DNA of 61,969 nt, filler included, from Candidatus Woesearchaeota archaeon (GTDB lineage Archaea; Nanobdellota; Nanobdellia; Woesearchaeales; BM511): the NCBI GenBank assembly GCA_023266675.1. It is 5 parts of 5 records of this genome, joined end to end, with 100 filler letters (N's around TTAATTAATTAA, not from the genome) between each part and the next. Parts side by side here need not be neighbours in the genome. Positions count along the whole stretch, not along the records: positions 17,162 to 25,453 come from JAHFPP010000060.1; positions 25,554 to 53,982 come from JAHFPP010000008.1; 3 more parts are not named here. One strand, 5' to 3'. This document shows positions 19,686-30,200 of the stretch, piece by piece. The notes under the pieces are model-generated. The model saw only the letters and a program-made list of their open reading frames with translations, had not been told where the DNA came from and did not search any database. The position numbers were made by a program, and so were the translations under genes. Position 1 is the stretch's first letter. Each line of letters opens with the position of its first letter.

Positions 19686-20029
19686 ATAAGCTTTCAAAAA
19701 TAATAAGCGAATTAAGTTATGAAGAGCTAAAACTCATAAAAAAAGACTTAAGCGAAGGCAATATGGAAAATTTAATAAACTCCCGCCTTAAAAGTTTTGA
19801 AGAAACCAAAGGACCTGCTATATGTCCGATATGCAACACGCAGATAAATGACGTGGAAAACGGAGCGTTGACACTGTTTTTTGGCGAAAAAGATTTTCGG
19901 CGAAAGGCAACGTTTGACGCTGTAGACTGCCTTGAAGAATTCATTTCACATTTAAAGAGGATAAACGAAAAAAAAATAAGGAGAGGAAACGAAGATAATG
20001 GTGCTTTTAGAAATTACAAGGATATTTGA
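19682..20029 (+). CDS. Hypothetical protein, possible metal-binding
   Basis: CPIC ... FDAVDC; ATGA-coupled to the upstream gene. Confidence 0.65.
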   Translation: MNKLSKIISELSYEELKLIKKDLSEGNMENLINSRLKSFEETKGPAICPICNTQINDVENGALTLFFGEKDFRRKATFDAVDCLEEFISHLKRINEKKIRRGNEDNGAFRNYKDI

Positions 20030-20327
20030 ACGACGACGGGCTGAACTATACAACCTGCTTGAAAAAAGAAAAGACGAACTAAAACCAGAGCTTCAGCATC
20101 AGATATACGGCGCAATGAATGAGATAGACATATTCCTCAAAACAATTGAATACTACAAAGAAAAAGAAACTGATCACGAAATGAATAGGGCACTGCTTGT
20201 CGGTCCAATGATAAAGGATGATTTGATGACAACAATCATGAAAAAAGTCTCAAAATTCAAACTAAAGAAAAAAGAGTCTGACCACCATCCGCATCATGCA
20301 CACCACACTCATAAAGACCACGATTAA
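19998..20327 (+). CDS. Hypothetical protein with His-rich C-terminus
   Basis: Ends DHHPHHAHHTHKDHD. Confidence 0.65.
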   Translation: MVLLEITRIFERRRAELYNLLEKRKDELKPELQHQIYGAMNEIDIFLKTIEYYKEKETDHEMNRALLVGPMIKDDLMTTIMKKVSKFKLKKKESDHHPHHAHHTHKDHD

Positions 20328-20395
20328 GAAAATAACAATCTATCCTAAACTTTTTTATATATCATTCATATTATCATAACAGTAAGGGGTGCAAC

Positions 20396-23140
20396 TTGGC
20401 ATATTATAATAAGGATTCTGCTGAAATACTAAAAGAGCTTTCTACATCCACCTTCGGGCTTACTGATGCCGAAGCAAAAATAAGGCTTAAAAAACACGGA
20501 ACAAATGAGTTCAAAGTTAAAAAAAATTTTAATCTTTTAAAAAATTTTATCGGGCAGTTTGCAGATGTTTTAATAATAATACTTATTATTGCAATATTAA
20601 TATCACTTATTCTTGGCCAAAAAAGCGACGCGATTGTTTTATTTTCTATAGTAGTCATAAACGCAATAATAGGCTTTGTTCAGGAATATAAAGCATCAAA
20701 ATCAATAAACGCATTAAATTCGCTTATAACACCTATGGCAAAGGTTATTCGAGAAGGCAGGACAATCGAAATTGAAGCAAAAACAATAGTTGTTGGCGAT
20801 ATACTTTTTCTTGAAGAAGGATGCAAAGTTGCAGCTGACGCAAGAATTGTAACACAAAACGAATTATGCACTGATGAATCAATTTTGACTGGCGAATCAT
20901 TTCTTTGCTTAAAAACACACGCAACTCTTCTAAAAACAGACGTGCTTCCTGCAGACCAGAAAAATATTGTTTTTATGGGAACAAATGTTGTGCATGGAAA
21001 CGCAGTTGCCGTTGTGATTGCAACAGGCGAAAACAGTGAATTTGGGAAGATTGCAAAATCAATCGAGGAAATAATACAGGATATAAGTCCGCTTCAAAAG
21101 GAAATAAATTCGATAGGGAAAATTACAGCAAAGGCAACAGTCATAATAGGTATAATCGTAATAATCCTTGGGATATTAAGCGGGCACGGATTTCTTCTCA
21201 TATTTATATTCGCTTTAAGCCTTGCAGTTGCAGTTGTGCCTGAAGGGCTTCCAACAACACTCTCAATCGCACTAGCTGTCGGTATTCAGCGTATGGCAAG
21301 AAAAGGTGCCATAATACGAAAATTATCATCAATTGAAACACTTGGAGCAACAACAGTCATATGCACAGACAAAACCGGAACGCTTACAAAAAACCAGATG
21401 ACTGCAAGACGCATATGGAAAAATAATTCATTGTTTGAAATATCAGGAATAGGATATGAACCTATTGGTGAAGTTTCCAAAAATGGAAAAATAACAAGCA
21501 AAAAGGATTTTATAAAAAATGACATTCTCATAAAAGCGGCAGTTCTGTGCAATAATTCAAAATTAAATTTACCTTCTGAAAAAAACCAAGACTACAGCAT
21601 ACTCGGAGACCCAACTGAGGGAGCACTCATTGTGCTGGCAAAAAAGCTCGGAATCAACCCTGATGAATTTAATTCAGTTTATTCGCGTGTTTATGAGCTG
21701 CCTTTTGACTCTGACAAAAAAAGAATGATAACTGTCAATAAACTTAACAAGGATTTTTTTGCATTTCAAAAAGGCGCTCCATCTGAACTCATCAACATAT
21801 GCACTAAAATAATGATAAACGGAAAAATTCAGAAACTCACCAAAAAGAAGATTGGAGAGTTAAATCATGAAATGAAATCCATGGCGTCATCAGGCCTTCG
21901 TGTTCTTGGTTTTTCATACAAGAAAGTTGATGCAAAATTCAACAAGAAATCACTGGACAAAGACTATGTTTTTATTGGATTAATAGGGCTTTTTGATCCT
22001 CCTAGACTTGAAGTTAAAGACGCTGTGAAGCAGTGCAAAAGCGCGGGAATTCGGATAAACATAGTAACAGGGGATTTTGGCGAGACTGCAAGGTCAATAG
22101 CAAAAGAGGTCGGCATTGCCGATGATAACACTCCTCTGATTCTTGGAGATGAGCTTGACAGGATGGAAAATACAGAGCTTCAAAAACTCTTAAAATATGA
22201 ATGCATCTTCGCAAGAGCGTCACCGCAGCACAAGCTTAGAATAATAACACAGCTTCAAATCATGGGTGAGGTTGTTGCAGTTAGCGGAGACGGAGTAAAT
22301 GACGCTCCGGCGCTAAAAAAGGCAAACATAGGAATTGCAATGGGGTTCTCAGGAACTGACGTTGCGCGTGAGTCAAGCGATATGGTTTTGTCAAATGATT
22401 CATTTGAGACAATCGTTTCTGCAGTAAAAGAAGGAAGAAAGATTTACGACAATATAGAACGTCTTGTAACATATATCTATTGCGGAAACACTGCAGGTCT
22501 TTTCACAGTATTTATTGGGCTGATACTTGGAATAATCATAGGGCTTCCTTTGCCTCTTCTTGCTATACACATACTCCTAATTGATTTTTGTGTTGAAGTC
22601 TTTCCATCGATAGCATTTTCATTTGAAAAAGGAGAAGAAGGCGTAATGAGCCGTAGACCAAGAAATACGAGTTACAGAATAATGAATTCGCGCGCTATAG
22701 CAAAGATACTCTCGCTTGGAATAATTATAGGAATTGGTGCATTATTTTTGTATTTCAAAACATTAATAGACGGCGGCTGGGGATTTGGAGATACACTTAA
22801 TACAAATTCGCTTGTTTACATTAAGGCTACAACTATGACATTTGTTACAATAATGATGTTTCAGATGGCAAATGCTTTAAACTCAAAGACAAAGAGAGAA
22901 TCAATTTTTAGCATTAATCTTTTCACAAACAAGTTTTTAATCCTTGCAATAATCTCATCAATAACCCTTGCTCTCATTATCACAACAACACCATTCTTTA
23001 ACAGCCTTCTTCATCTTGCACCACTCACATTTGCTGATTGGGCATGGATACTTGGGGTTTCGTCAACAATAATACTCTTTGAAGAAACACGAAAATTTGT
23101 TTTAAGAAGAACTGAAAGAAACCACGGGATAAATGTTTAG
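20396..23140 (+). CDS. P2-type cation-transporting ATPase
   Basis: TGES, PEGL, DKTGT, KGAP, GDGVNDAPAL; TTG start with GGGGTG SD. Confidence 0.95.
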   Translation: MAYYNKDSAEILKELSTSTFGLTDAEAKIRLKKHGTNEFKVKKNFNLLKNFIGQFADVLIIILIIAILISLILGQKSDAIVLFSIVVINAIIGFVQEYKASKSINALNSLITPMAKVIREGRTIEIEAKTIVVGDILFLEEGCKVAADARIVTQNELCTDESILTGESFLCLKTHATLLKTDVLPADQKNIVFMGTNVVHGNAVAVVIATGENSEFGKIAKSIEEIIQDISPLQKEINSIGKITAKATVIIGIIVIILGILSGHGFLLIFIFALSLAVAVVPEGLPTTLSIALAVGIQRMARKGAIIRKLSSIETLGATTVICTDKTGTLTKNQMTARRIWKNNSLFEISGIGYEPIGEVSKNGKITSKKDFIKNDILIKAAVLCNNSKLNLPSEKNQDYSILGDPTEGALIVLAKKLGINPDEFNSVYSRVYELPFDSDKKRMITVNKLNKDFFAFQKGAPSELINICTKIMINGKIQKLTKKKIGELNHEMKSMASSGLRVLGFSYKKVDAKFNKKSLDKDYVFIGLIGLFDPPRLEVKDAVKQCKSAGIRINIVTGDFGETARSIAKEVGIADDNTPLILGDELDRMENTELQKLLKYECIFARASPQHKLRIITQLQIMGEVVAVSGDGVNDAPALKKANIGIAMGFSGTDVARESSDMVLSNDSFETIVSAVKEGRKIYDNIERLVTYIYCGNTAGLFTVFIGLILGIIIGLPLPLLAIHILLIDFCVEVFPSIAFSFEKGEEGVMSRRPRNTSYRIMNSRAIAKILSLGIIIGIGALFLYFKTLIDGGWGFGDTLNTNSLVYIKATTMTFVTIMMFQMANALNSKTKRESIFSINLFTNKFLILAIISSITLALIITTTPFFNSLLHLAPLTFADWAWILGVSSTIILFEETRKFVLRRTERNHGINV

Positions 23141-23204
23141 TTTTTATATTTTAATTTAAAAAAATCGTCGTAAGGTTTATATACCACTATTTAGTTACAA
23201 TTAT

Positions 23205-24650
23205 ATGACTCTTGATTTTGAGATTATCGGCAAAGGAAATATAGGGGATAAAGCCAGACAGCTGATTAATAAAACACCAAAACTTAAAGAAATAGGTTTT
23301 CATGTTCCAATAAGAACAGTACTTGCAGAAGACTTCTTTGATGGCTTTTTTCAAAGAAACAATCTTGGCGAAACTTTAAGCAGTGCAGACTCGGATATGA
23401 ATTTGGAGCTTATGGTTAAGACAGGAAGCTTTACAAAAGAGCAGTTTGAAGCACTTCAAAACGTAAGATTGTCTTATGGAACTATGCCACTAGCTGTCAG
23501 GTCGTCAGCAGAAGGAGATTCAATGGGAACAGGGATATATAAATCCGAATTTTGTAAAAATGAGACTGATCCTTTTAAAAAAGCAGTAAAAAATGTTTTA
23601 GCAAGCTATTTCTCGCTTGACGCTATTAGCTTTCGAAGAGATGCAAAAACAGGAAAAGGATTTGCTATAAATGTCGAACCGATTGTCGGACAGAGATTTA
23701 TGTCTTCTTTTGGACCAATGTTTTCAGGATTTGGTTATACCTCAACATCCAAAGGAAAAGGGTATATCAGCGTCGTGCCGGGTCTTGGTGGGGGTGTTAA
23801 TCGACGGGATGGCGAGATACTGACACGAGAAATAATGAATGAATTTAATGGGAATTTACATGAATATCTTATTGATTGCGTTGATAATAAATTTCGAAAA
23901 ATAAAAAGAAAATCAGCATTGGTTGATTTTGATTCAATTGATTTTTTTAGGGGTAGATTTTATGGAGATGCATTTTACCATAATGATGTAGCTCCTGTGT
24001 CCCTTGATTTTTCTGATGAGCTAAAAAAAGATTATCGAAAATTAAGTATGGTTCCTCTTTTTGATATGATGAAGAAAATGGAGGACATATTTGGAAAAGC
24101 GCAGTATTTTGAATGGGCGCTGACGTCTGAAGAGGGAAAGCAGAAGTTTCATATGCTCCAGATTGCAGATGCTAACAAGAAATTAGATACGCTTGATTTT
24201 GAAGGCATTGAAAATTTGTTATTTGTAGGAAATACGGTGACGGGCAGTGGCGTGAAAGAATGTTATACTATTTTCAATTGTGAAAATCCAGATGACAGGG
24301 AAGAATTATCTGAGTTTAATCGGCATAACTCAAATTATATTTTAAAATATGCAGGAAGACTTGTTTCTAATTTACTTCCGAGTGATTATCGTTTAAGATA
24401 TGAGCATTTCTCCAATGCTTCTGTCTTTCTTGAGATTCCTGATGCAGAGCATGTAAATAATCCAATAAGTCATCTCACAGGGCAGTTAGACATGTCTGGG
24501 AAGTTTTTTGGAGTGCTTGATTATGATTTTCAGACAGATGAAATGTGGGATAGATTCAATTCAAGAACTAATGGAAAATTTTACTCTGGAAAAATGCATG
24601 TGCATGCAAGCGAAAAGCAGGACAAGATTGTTATTGCAGCATTGGATTGA
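23205..24650 (+). CDS. PEP-synthase/PPDK nucleotide-binding-domain-like protein
   Basis: IGDKARQL, AVRSSAEGD..GTGIYKS, VPGLG, FEWA, LQI. Confidence 0.7.
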   Translation: MTLDFEIIGKGNIGDKARQLINKTPKLKEIGFHVPIRTVLAEDFFDGFFQRNNLGETLSSADSDMNLELMVKTGSFTKEQFEALQNVRLSYGTMPLAVRSSAEGDSMGTGIYKSEFCKNETDPFKKAVKNVLASYFSLDAISFRRDAKTGKGFAINVEPIVGQRFMSSFGPMFSGFGYTSTSKGKGYISVVPGLGGGVNRRDGEILTREIMNEFNGNLHEYLIDCVDNKFRKIKRKSALVDFDSIDFFRGRFYGDAFYHNDVAPVSLDFSDELKKDYRKLSMVPLFDMMKKMEDIFGKAQYFEWALTSEEGKQKFHMLQIADANKKLDTLDFEGIENLLFVGNTVTGSGVKECYTIFNCENPDDREELSEFNRHNSNYILKYAGRLVSNLLPSDYRLRYEHFSNASVFLEIPDAEHVNNPISHLTGQLDMSGKFFGVLDYDFQTDEMWDRFNSRTNGKFYSGKMHVHASEKQDKIVIAALD

Positions 24651-24723
24651 TTTCTGATAAAACTGATTTTTATTAATACCTTAAAACCCCAATTTTATAA
24701 ATAGAAAAATACTCCCAAGTATC

Positions 24724-25453
24724 ATGTCAGAAAAGGAATATTACGATGAGATTATAAAAAATCTTATAGAAAAAAAACCGTCGGAAAAAGAGCTGATGAA
24801 GCTTAAGGTGAAACTCTGCAAAAAGCATGGAGTGACAAAGATACCTACAAATGCACAGCTTATACTTCATGCGTCAGCTAGCGAGATAAAAAAAATTTCT
24901 CTAGTCACTAAGCCTACAAGAACAATGTCAGGAGTTGCGCCAATTGCACTCATGACTAAGCCAGCAAAATGCCCCCACGGCACATGCATATACTGCCCTG
25001 GAGGCCTTGGATCTGAATTTGGAGACGTGCCTCAGTCATACACAGGCCGTGAGCCGTCAACAATGCGCTCAATAAGAAATAATTACGACCCTTATCTCAT
25101 TGTTTTTAATCGTCTTGAACAGTACATAATACTAAACCAGAGCCCTGAAAAGACTGAAGTCATAATACAGGGAGGCACATTTCCAGCGATGGACAAGAAG
25201 TACAAAGACGAATTTGTCATGTTGATATTCAAGGCGATGAATGATTTCTCAGATGTTTTTTACAAGAATAAGGATGTTGATTTTCTTAAATTCAAAAAGT
25301 TTTTTGAACTTCCATGCGACAAGGATGACGAGAATCGTGCGCAAAGTATACGCGAAAAAATTCTTCTTTTAAAAGGAAATTCAACACTTAAAAAAGAGCA
25401 GAAAAGAAATGAGAAGTCAAGGATAAGGTGCATTGGTCTCACTATTGAGACAA
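24724..25453 (+). CDS. elp3: Elp3 tRNA U34 acetyltransferase (radical SAM), 3' truncated
   Basis: KPTRTMSGVA, CPHGTCIYCPGG, PQSYTGREP, QGGTF, GLTIET. Confidence 0.95.
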
Positions 25454-25553
25454 NNNNNNNNNNNNNNNNNNNNNNNNNNNNNNNNNNNNNNNNNNNNTTA
25501 ATTAATTAANNNNNNNNNNNNNNNNNNNNNNNNNNNNNNNNNNNNNNNNNNNN
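25454..25553. other. Artificial contig linker
   Basis: N44-TTAATTAATTAA-N44. Confidence 0.98.
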
Positions 25554-26473
25554 TTCTTTTTTATTAGATTAGTATAGTCAGAATAAGGCTTTGGACCAAC
25601 GAGGTAGTCTTTGTTTACAAATACTGTTGGCGTACCGTATATTCCTGAATTCTTCCCTTCTTCAATGTCTGCGTCAACCAACTCCTTTGTTTCCTTATTT
25701 GAATAGCATTTATTAAATGATGCCATATCTAAATTTAGATTGTTTGCAATGTTTTCAAAAGTTGCGTTGCTAAATTCCTGTGAAAGAAATAATGCGTCGT
25801 GGTATTCCCAGAATTTGCCCTGATTTCTTGCGCACTCAGACGCAATAGCTGCTTCATAGCTGTAATTATGCGTCATTATTGGAAAATGCTTGAATACAAA
25901 CAGATATTTGTCGCCGTATTCCTTCCTTAGTTTCATCATCTCAGGCTCTGCCTGCTTTGTATATGGGCATGTGTAGCATCCAAATTCTGTTATGACCAAG
26001 TTTGAAGAGGTATTTCCAAAATTTGGAGAAGCCCCAATTATTGGAGAGAGCAGTGGATAACTTGGTATTTCGCCAGTAACTGTGCAAACGCCAGTAGTTG
26101 AGTTGTGACCTTTAACTCCGGTGTTTAATGGGTCAAATATGCAAAATTGCGTGCTGTCTTTGCCGTTGCAGTTGCCGTATTCTACAAAGTTATAGACTGC
26201 AATTCCTGACTGTGCAATACTCCATATCATTAAAATTGTAAAAAACCAGGATATCCACTCAAAATATTTGTATGTGAATCGGCCAACAGACGGCGCTTTT
26301 CGCATTAAGTTTCCTGTTATCTGCGCCTTTAACCTTTTATCAAGGCCACTAGTGCATTTTCTTAAAGTCACCCGTCTAAGAACACAGTCTAGCGCTTCCT
26401 TTGCAATGACTCTGTATTTTGCGCTAAAGATTCCTAGTATCCCGAAAACAACGAGTGCGATTATGCATATCAT
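25554..26473 (-). CDS. Membrane-anchored DsbA-like thioredoxin-fold protein, 3' truncated
   Basis: EFGCYTCPYT, KHFP, QGKFWEYHDALF, GIYGTPT. Confidence 0.88.
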
Positions 26474-26539
26474 GTTAGTCTCACAAATTTATAAGTGATT
26501 TATAAAGATTGTCCTAAAGAGGAGTTTTTATTAAAAAAA

Positions 26540-26818
26540 TTAATGGTATCGCTTTAGATTGCGGTGATTAAAAAGCCGTGATTCACATTCTGAAAGAAAA
26601 TCAAAGCTGGAGTCTATGAGTTTAGTGATATGCTGTTCGTATTCTCTTTCTCCTCTATCAAAACCAACTCCGCCATACCACGTTTCAAGAAGAGCCAGTT
26701 TTGAGAAAATATCAAGTGAATACGCATCAAGCTTTGGTTCTGCGAAAAGAAATCTTTCCTGCAAATCAACGCTTAGCTCCATCAAAGCATCAATCTCATC
26801 CAAGGTTGAATTATCCAC
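26540..26818 (-). CDS. Hypothetical protein
   Basis: 92-aa ORF; no recognisable motif. Confidence 0.5.
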   Translation of the reverse strand: MDNSTLDEIDALMELSVDLQERFLFAEPKLDAYSLDIFSKLALLETWYGGVGFDRGEREYEQHITKLIDSSFDFLSECESRLFNHRNLKRYH

Positions 26819-26976
26819 GCATTGATTTGTTTCAACTGAAGTACTTAAATGTTATTATTAAAGGGAAAGGTTAGATGAGGATAAATCTAGTTTAGAGATT
26901 TTTGTTAAAAATCTGTAAAACTGACATAGGTTTAAATATTAGATTTAATTATTAAATTTAGTATCGGGGGATACAT

Positions 26977-27216
26977 ATGAAGAATGCTTGTTTATTCGTA
27001 ATCATAGTATTATCCTTATCTGTATTTACTGCTTGCAATGATTCTGAGAAAAGTACTGGAACAGCAAACCCTGCATCAATAAATTGCATTAAAGAAGGTT
27101 ATAACCTCACCATAAAAACAAACAGTGATGGAAGCCAGACAGGATATTGTATTTTCCCAAGTGGAAGAGAATGCGAAGAATGGCAATTTCTAAGAGGCGA
27201 ATGCAAGAATGAATAG
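26977..27216 (+). CDS. DUF333 family lipoprotein
   Basis: Lipobox-like TAC; ANPASINC...G.CIFPSG.ECEEWQFLRGEC. Confidence 0.88.
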   Translation: MKNACLFVIIVLSLSVFTACNDSEKSTGTANPASINCIKEGYNLTIKTNSDGSQTGYCIFPSGRECEEWQFLRGECKNE

Positions 27217-30200
27217 GCTAAAACTTTTTTTTATTAGTTTGTCATTCTTATTGATACTAAATATCACTTATGCTTATGTCAATCCTGCAATGGATTTATG
27301 CATGAAGCAAGGATACGAATACAATGTTGAGACAAATGAAGATGGTAGCCAAACAGGATATTGTGTGATAAAAGGAGAAGAATATGAAGTGTGGGAGTGG
27401 TATAATTCTAATAATTTAAAAAGAGATAATCAAGCAAAAATTTCAACTATTGAACCCATAAGTAGGGATAGATCAGATAATGAAACTCAACAAATCAATA
27501 AGAGTTACAATTCTCAAAAAACAGATAATAAGTTTAAAAGTTCTACGAGTAAAATTTCAAATTCTAGGAATGATATAACTGATACAACACGCGGATATAC
27601 CTCTCCAAGTTTGGATTGGAGAAACAAAGACGGACAAAACTGGGTAAGCCAAATTAAAGACCAAGGCGCTTGTGGCAGCTGCTGGGCTTTCTCTGCAAAT
27701 GGAGTTATGGAATCAAGAGTAAAAATCGACCTGAATAATGTAGGATACTCTGTAGACCTATCAGAACAGGATGCGTTAACTAATAATGTCTATGGAGGCA
27801 ACTGTATTGATGGAGGATTTGAATGGTATTCTTTTGATTACGCAAAGAACACCGGCATCGTAAAAGAGTCATGCATGCCTTACGGAGGAAGTAAATGTTC
27901 AAATTGGCAAAATGAAAAAATGATGCTTACGGATTATGCAAGAATTTCTGCTAATGCTAATAGCATAAAAGATGCTGTCACAGATTATGGACCAGTTACT
28001 TCATATATGGTTGTTTGCGATGGTTTTGACGGCACAGGAATATATTCTCATGTAGGAGATGTGTGGTTTGATGACTCATGCTGGCATGATGGAGGAGATG
28101 GATATTATTATCTAAATATGCATTCAGTTGATATAATAGGTTATGATGATTCAAGCCAATACTGGATTGCAAAAAACAGTTGGGGAACAGGATGGGGAGA
28201 TAATGGTTTTATCAAGATTGCTTATTCTCAAAGCGTTTATGATTATAGCAGCTGGCATTATGCTGTTTGGAATCTTGACGGAGGAGATCCCCGAGTATTT
28301 TTTTTAGATGATAGTTATTATGTGACTGGAACAGATACGCTAACAATCCCCACGATTAGCGCATTTTTCTCAAACAACAGTTATGCGCGCGGAGATAATA
28401 ATATAAGTTTCTCTGCAAACGTTCAGCCAAAATCTATCAAACAGATTTCAAGCGTGAGAATAAACGGAACAGACATGTCAGGAATTGCTACTGGCGGGAT
28501 ATTTACACTTTCTAAAAAACCATCAGACTTTGGCTGCCAGGATTTTGAAGGATACTGCAATTTACTTCTTACTGTGATCGATGATTCTGGAAAATCAAAC
28601 ACTGGAGAAATCAGCATACGAATAGACGATTTTGCGCCAAGAGTAACAGATTTTAAAATTAAGAATACTGATTATTATATAAAGAATCAAACTTTACTCT
28701 TAACTGTTAATGTTACAGATGCTGATATTAGTTCGGTCAAGATTAACAATGCCTCCTTCACATTTTCTGACAATCTTTACAGGTTTTATGTGACTCCTTA
28801 TGAAATAGGTTGCTTAAGTAATGCTGTTTGTGTTTTTAATGTTACAGCTATTGACGCTGTAGGAAATACTAACTATTCAGAATCAAAGATATTCTTTTTT
28901 GATGATGTGATGCCAACAATAAACAGCGTGAATAATTCTGATTACATTGTCAGGACTGGAACAAATGTAACCATCACAGTCAACGCGACAGATAATATTA
29001 ATATCTCATCAGTGACCGCTGAAGGTTTTGAATTAAATTATACTGATAATTTTTGGATAGGGAATATTACCCTATTAGGTAGTGGTTTTATTAATGTGAC
29101 TGTTATCGATTTTGCAGGCAATAGAGTTAATACTAATAATACTACATTAAATAATAATTTTATGGTTGGATATCAAATAGATGATACTCCACCGATAATT
29201 TCAAATCTACAAATAAATCCTAATCATGCAAAACTAAATTCACACGTAAATATCAGTTTTAACATAATAGACTCTCATTTTAGAATGTTAAATATTTCAA
29301 TTAATAACTCAATTATAAGACAAGAATCACTAGACACGATAAATAGTTATGATTATGGGTATGTTTACAATATTTCTTCAAACAATACTGAAGGAATAAC
29401 AACAGTAGAGATTATAATAATTGATGAAGCCGAGAATGTTGTTTATGCAAATTCCACGTTTATAATTGATTTTACTCCACCTAACATAACAGCGGTGTCT
29501 CCTCAAAATAATTCTCAGATTCACACAAACTACACGTGGATAAATCTGACAACAGATGAATCAACCATTTGTGGTGAGAATGATGAATACAATTACATTA
29601 TTTTTGATACAACTCCTCCTGCGCCGTTCAATGGAAGCCCAACAGGATCAGTTTCCAGTAATTTAGAATCAGGAATATGCGGTATAGATTCAGAATTCTT
29701 TACAAATGAGCGAGCAGATTGCAGAGGAAGTCTAGCTAATGGGACTATAAATAAGGAATTTCTTACTGCAGGTGACAGTGTAACGTTTAATGGGATAAAC
29801 GTGAGATTGGTAAGATGTGGTGCAGGCAATGCAGTAGTAGATATTGGTGGAACAGTTTACACAATAAATGAAGGAGACATACGAAATTCAAATGGAATAA
29901 AAGTTAGAGTTGAGAATATTTTCAATGAAGAAGGAACACAATATGATATGGCTACGGTAAGACTTGCAGATAGTGATAGTAATATTGCTTTACCTAATGA
30001 AGATTATAACACAATGAATATCACATTTGAATTATCACAAGAAGATGACTCAGTGTTTAGTTATTCGAGTAGAGTACAGGTAAACACAACAGATGAATAT
30101 AGTTTATATGTGAAATGTAAGGATATGGCTGGAAATCTTATGTCTGAGGGGTATAGCTGGAGTTTTATTATTGGAAGTGTTAGTTGTGGCTCTTCTAATA

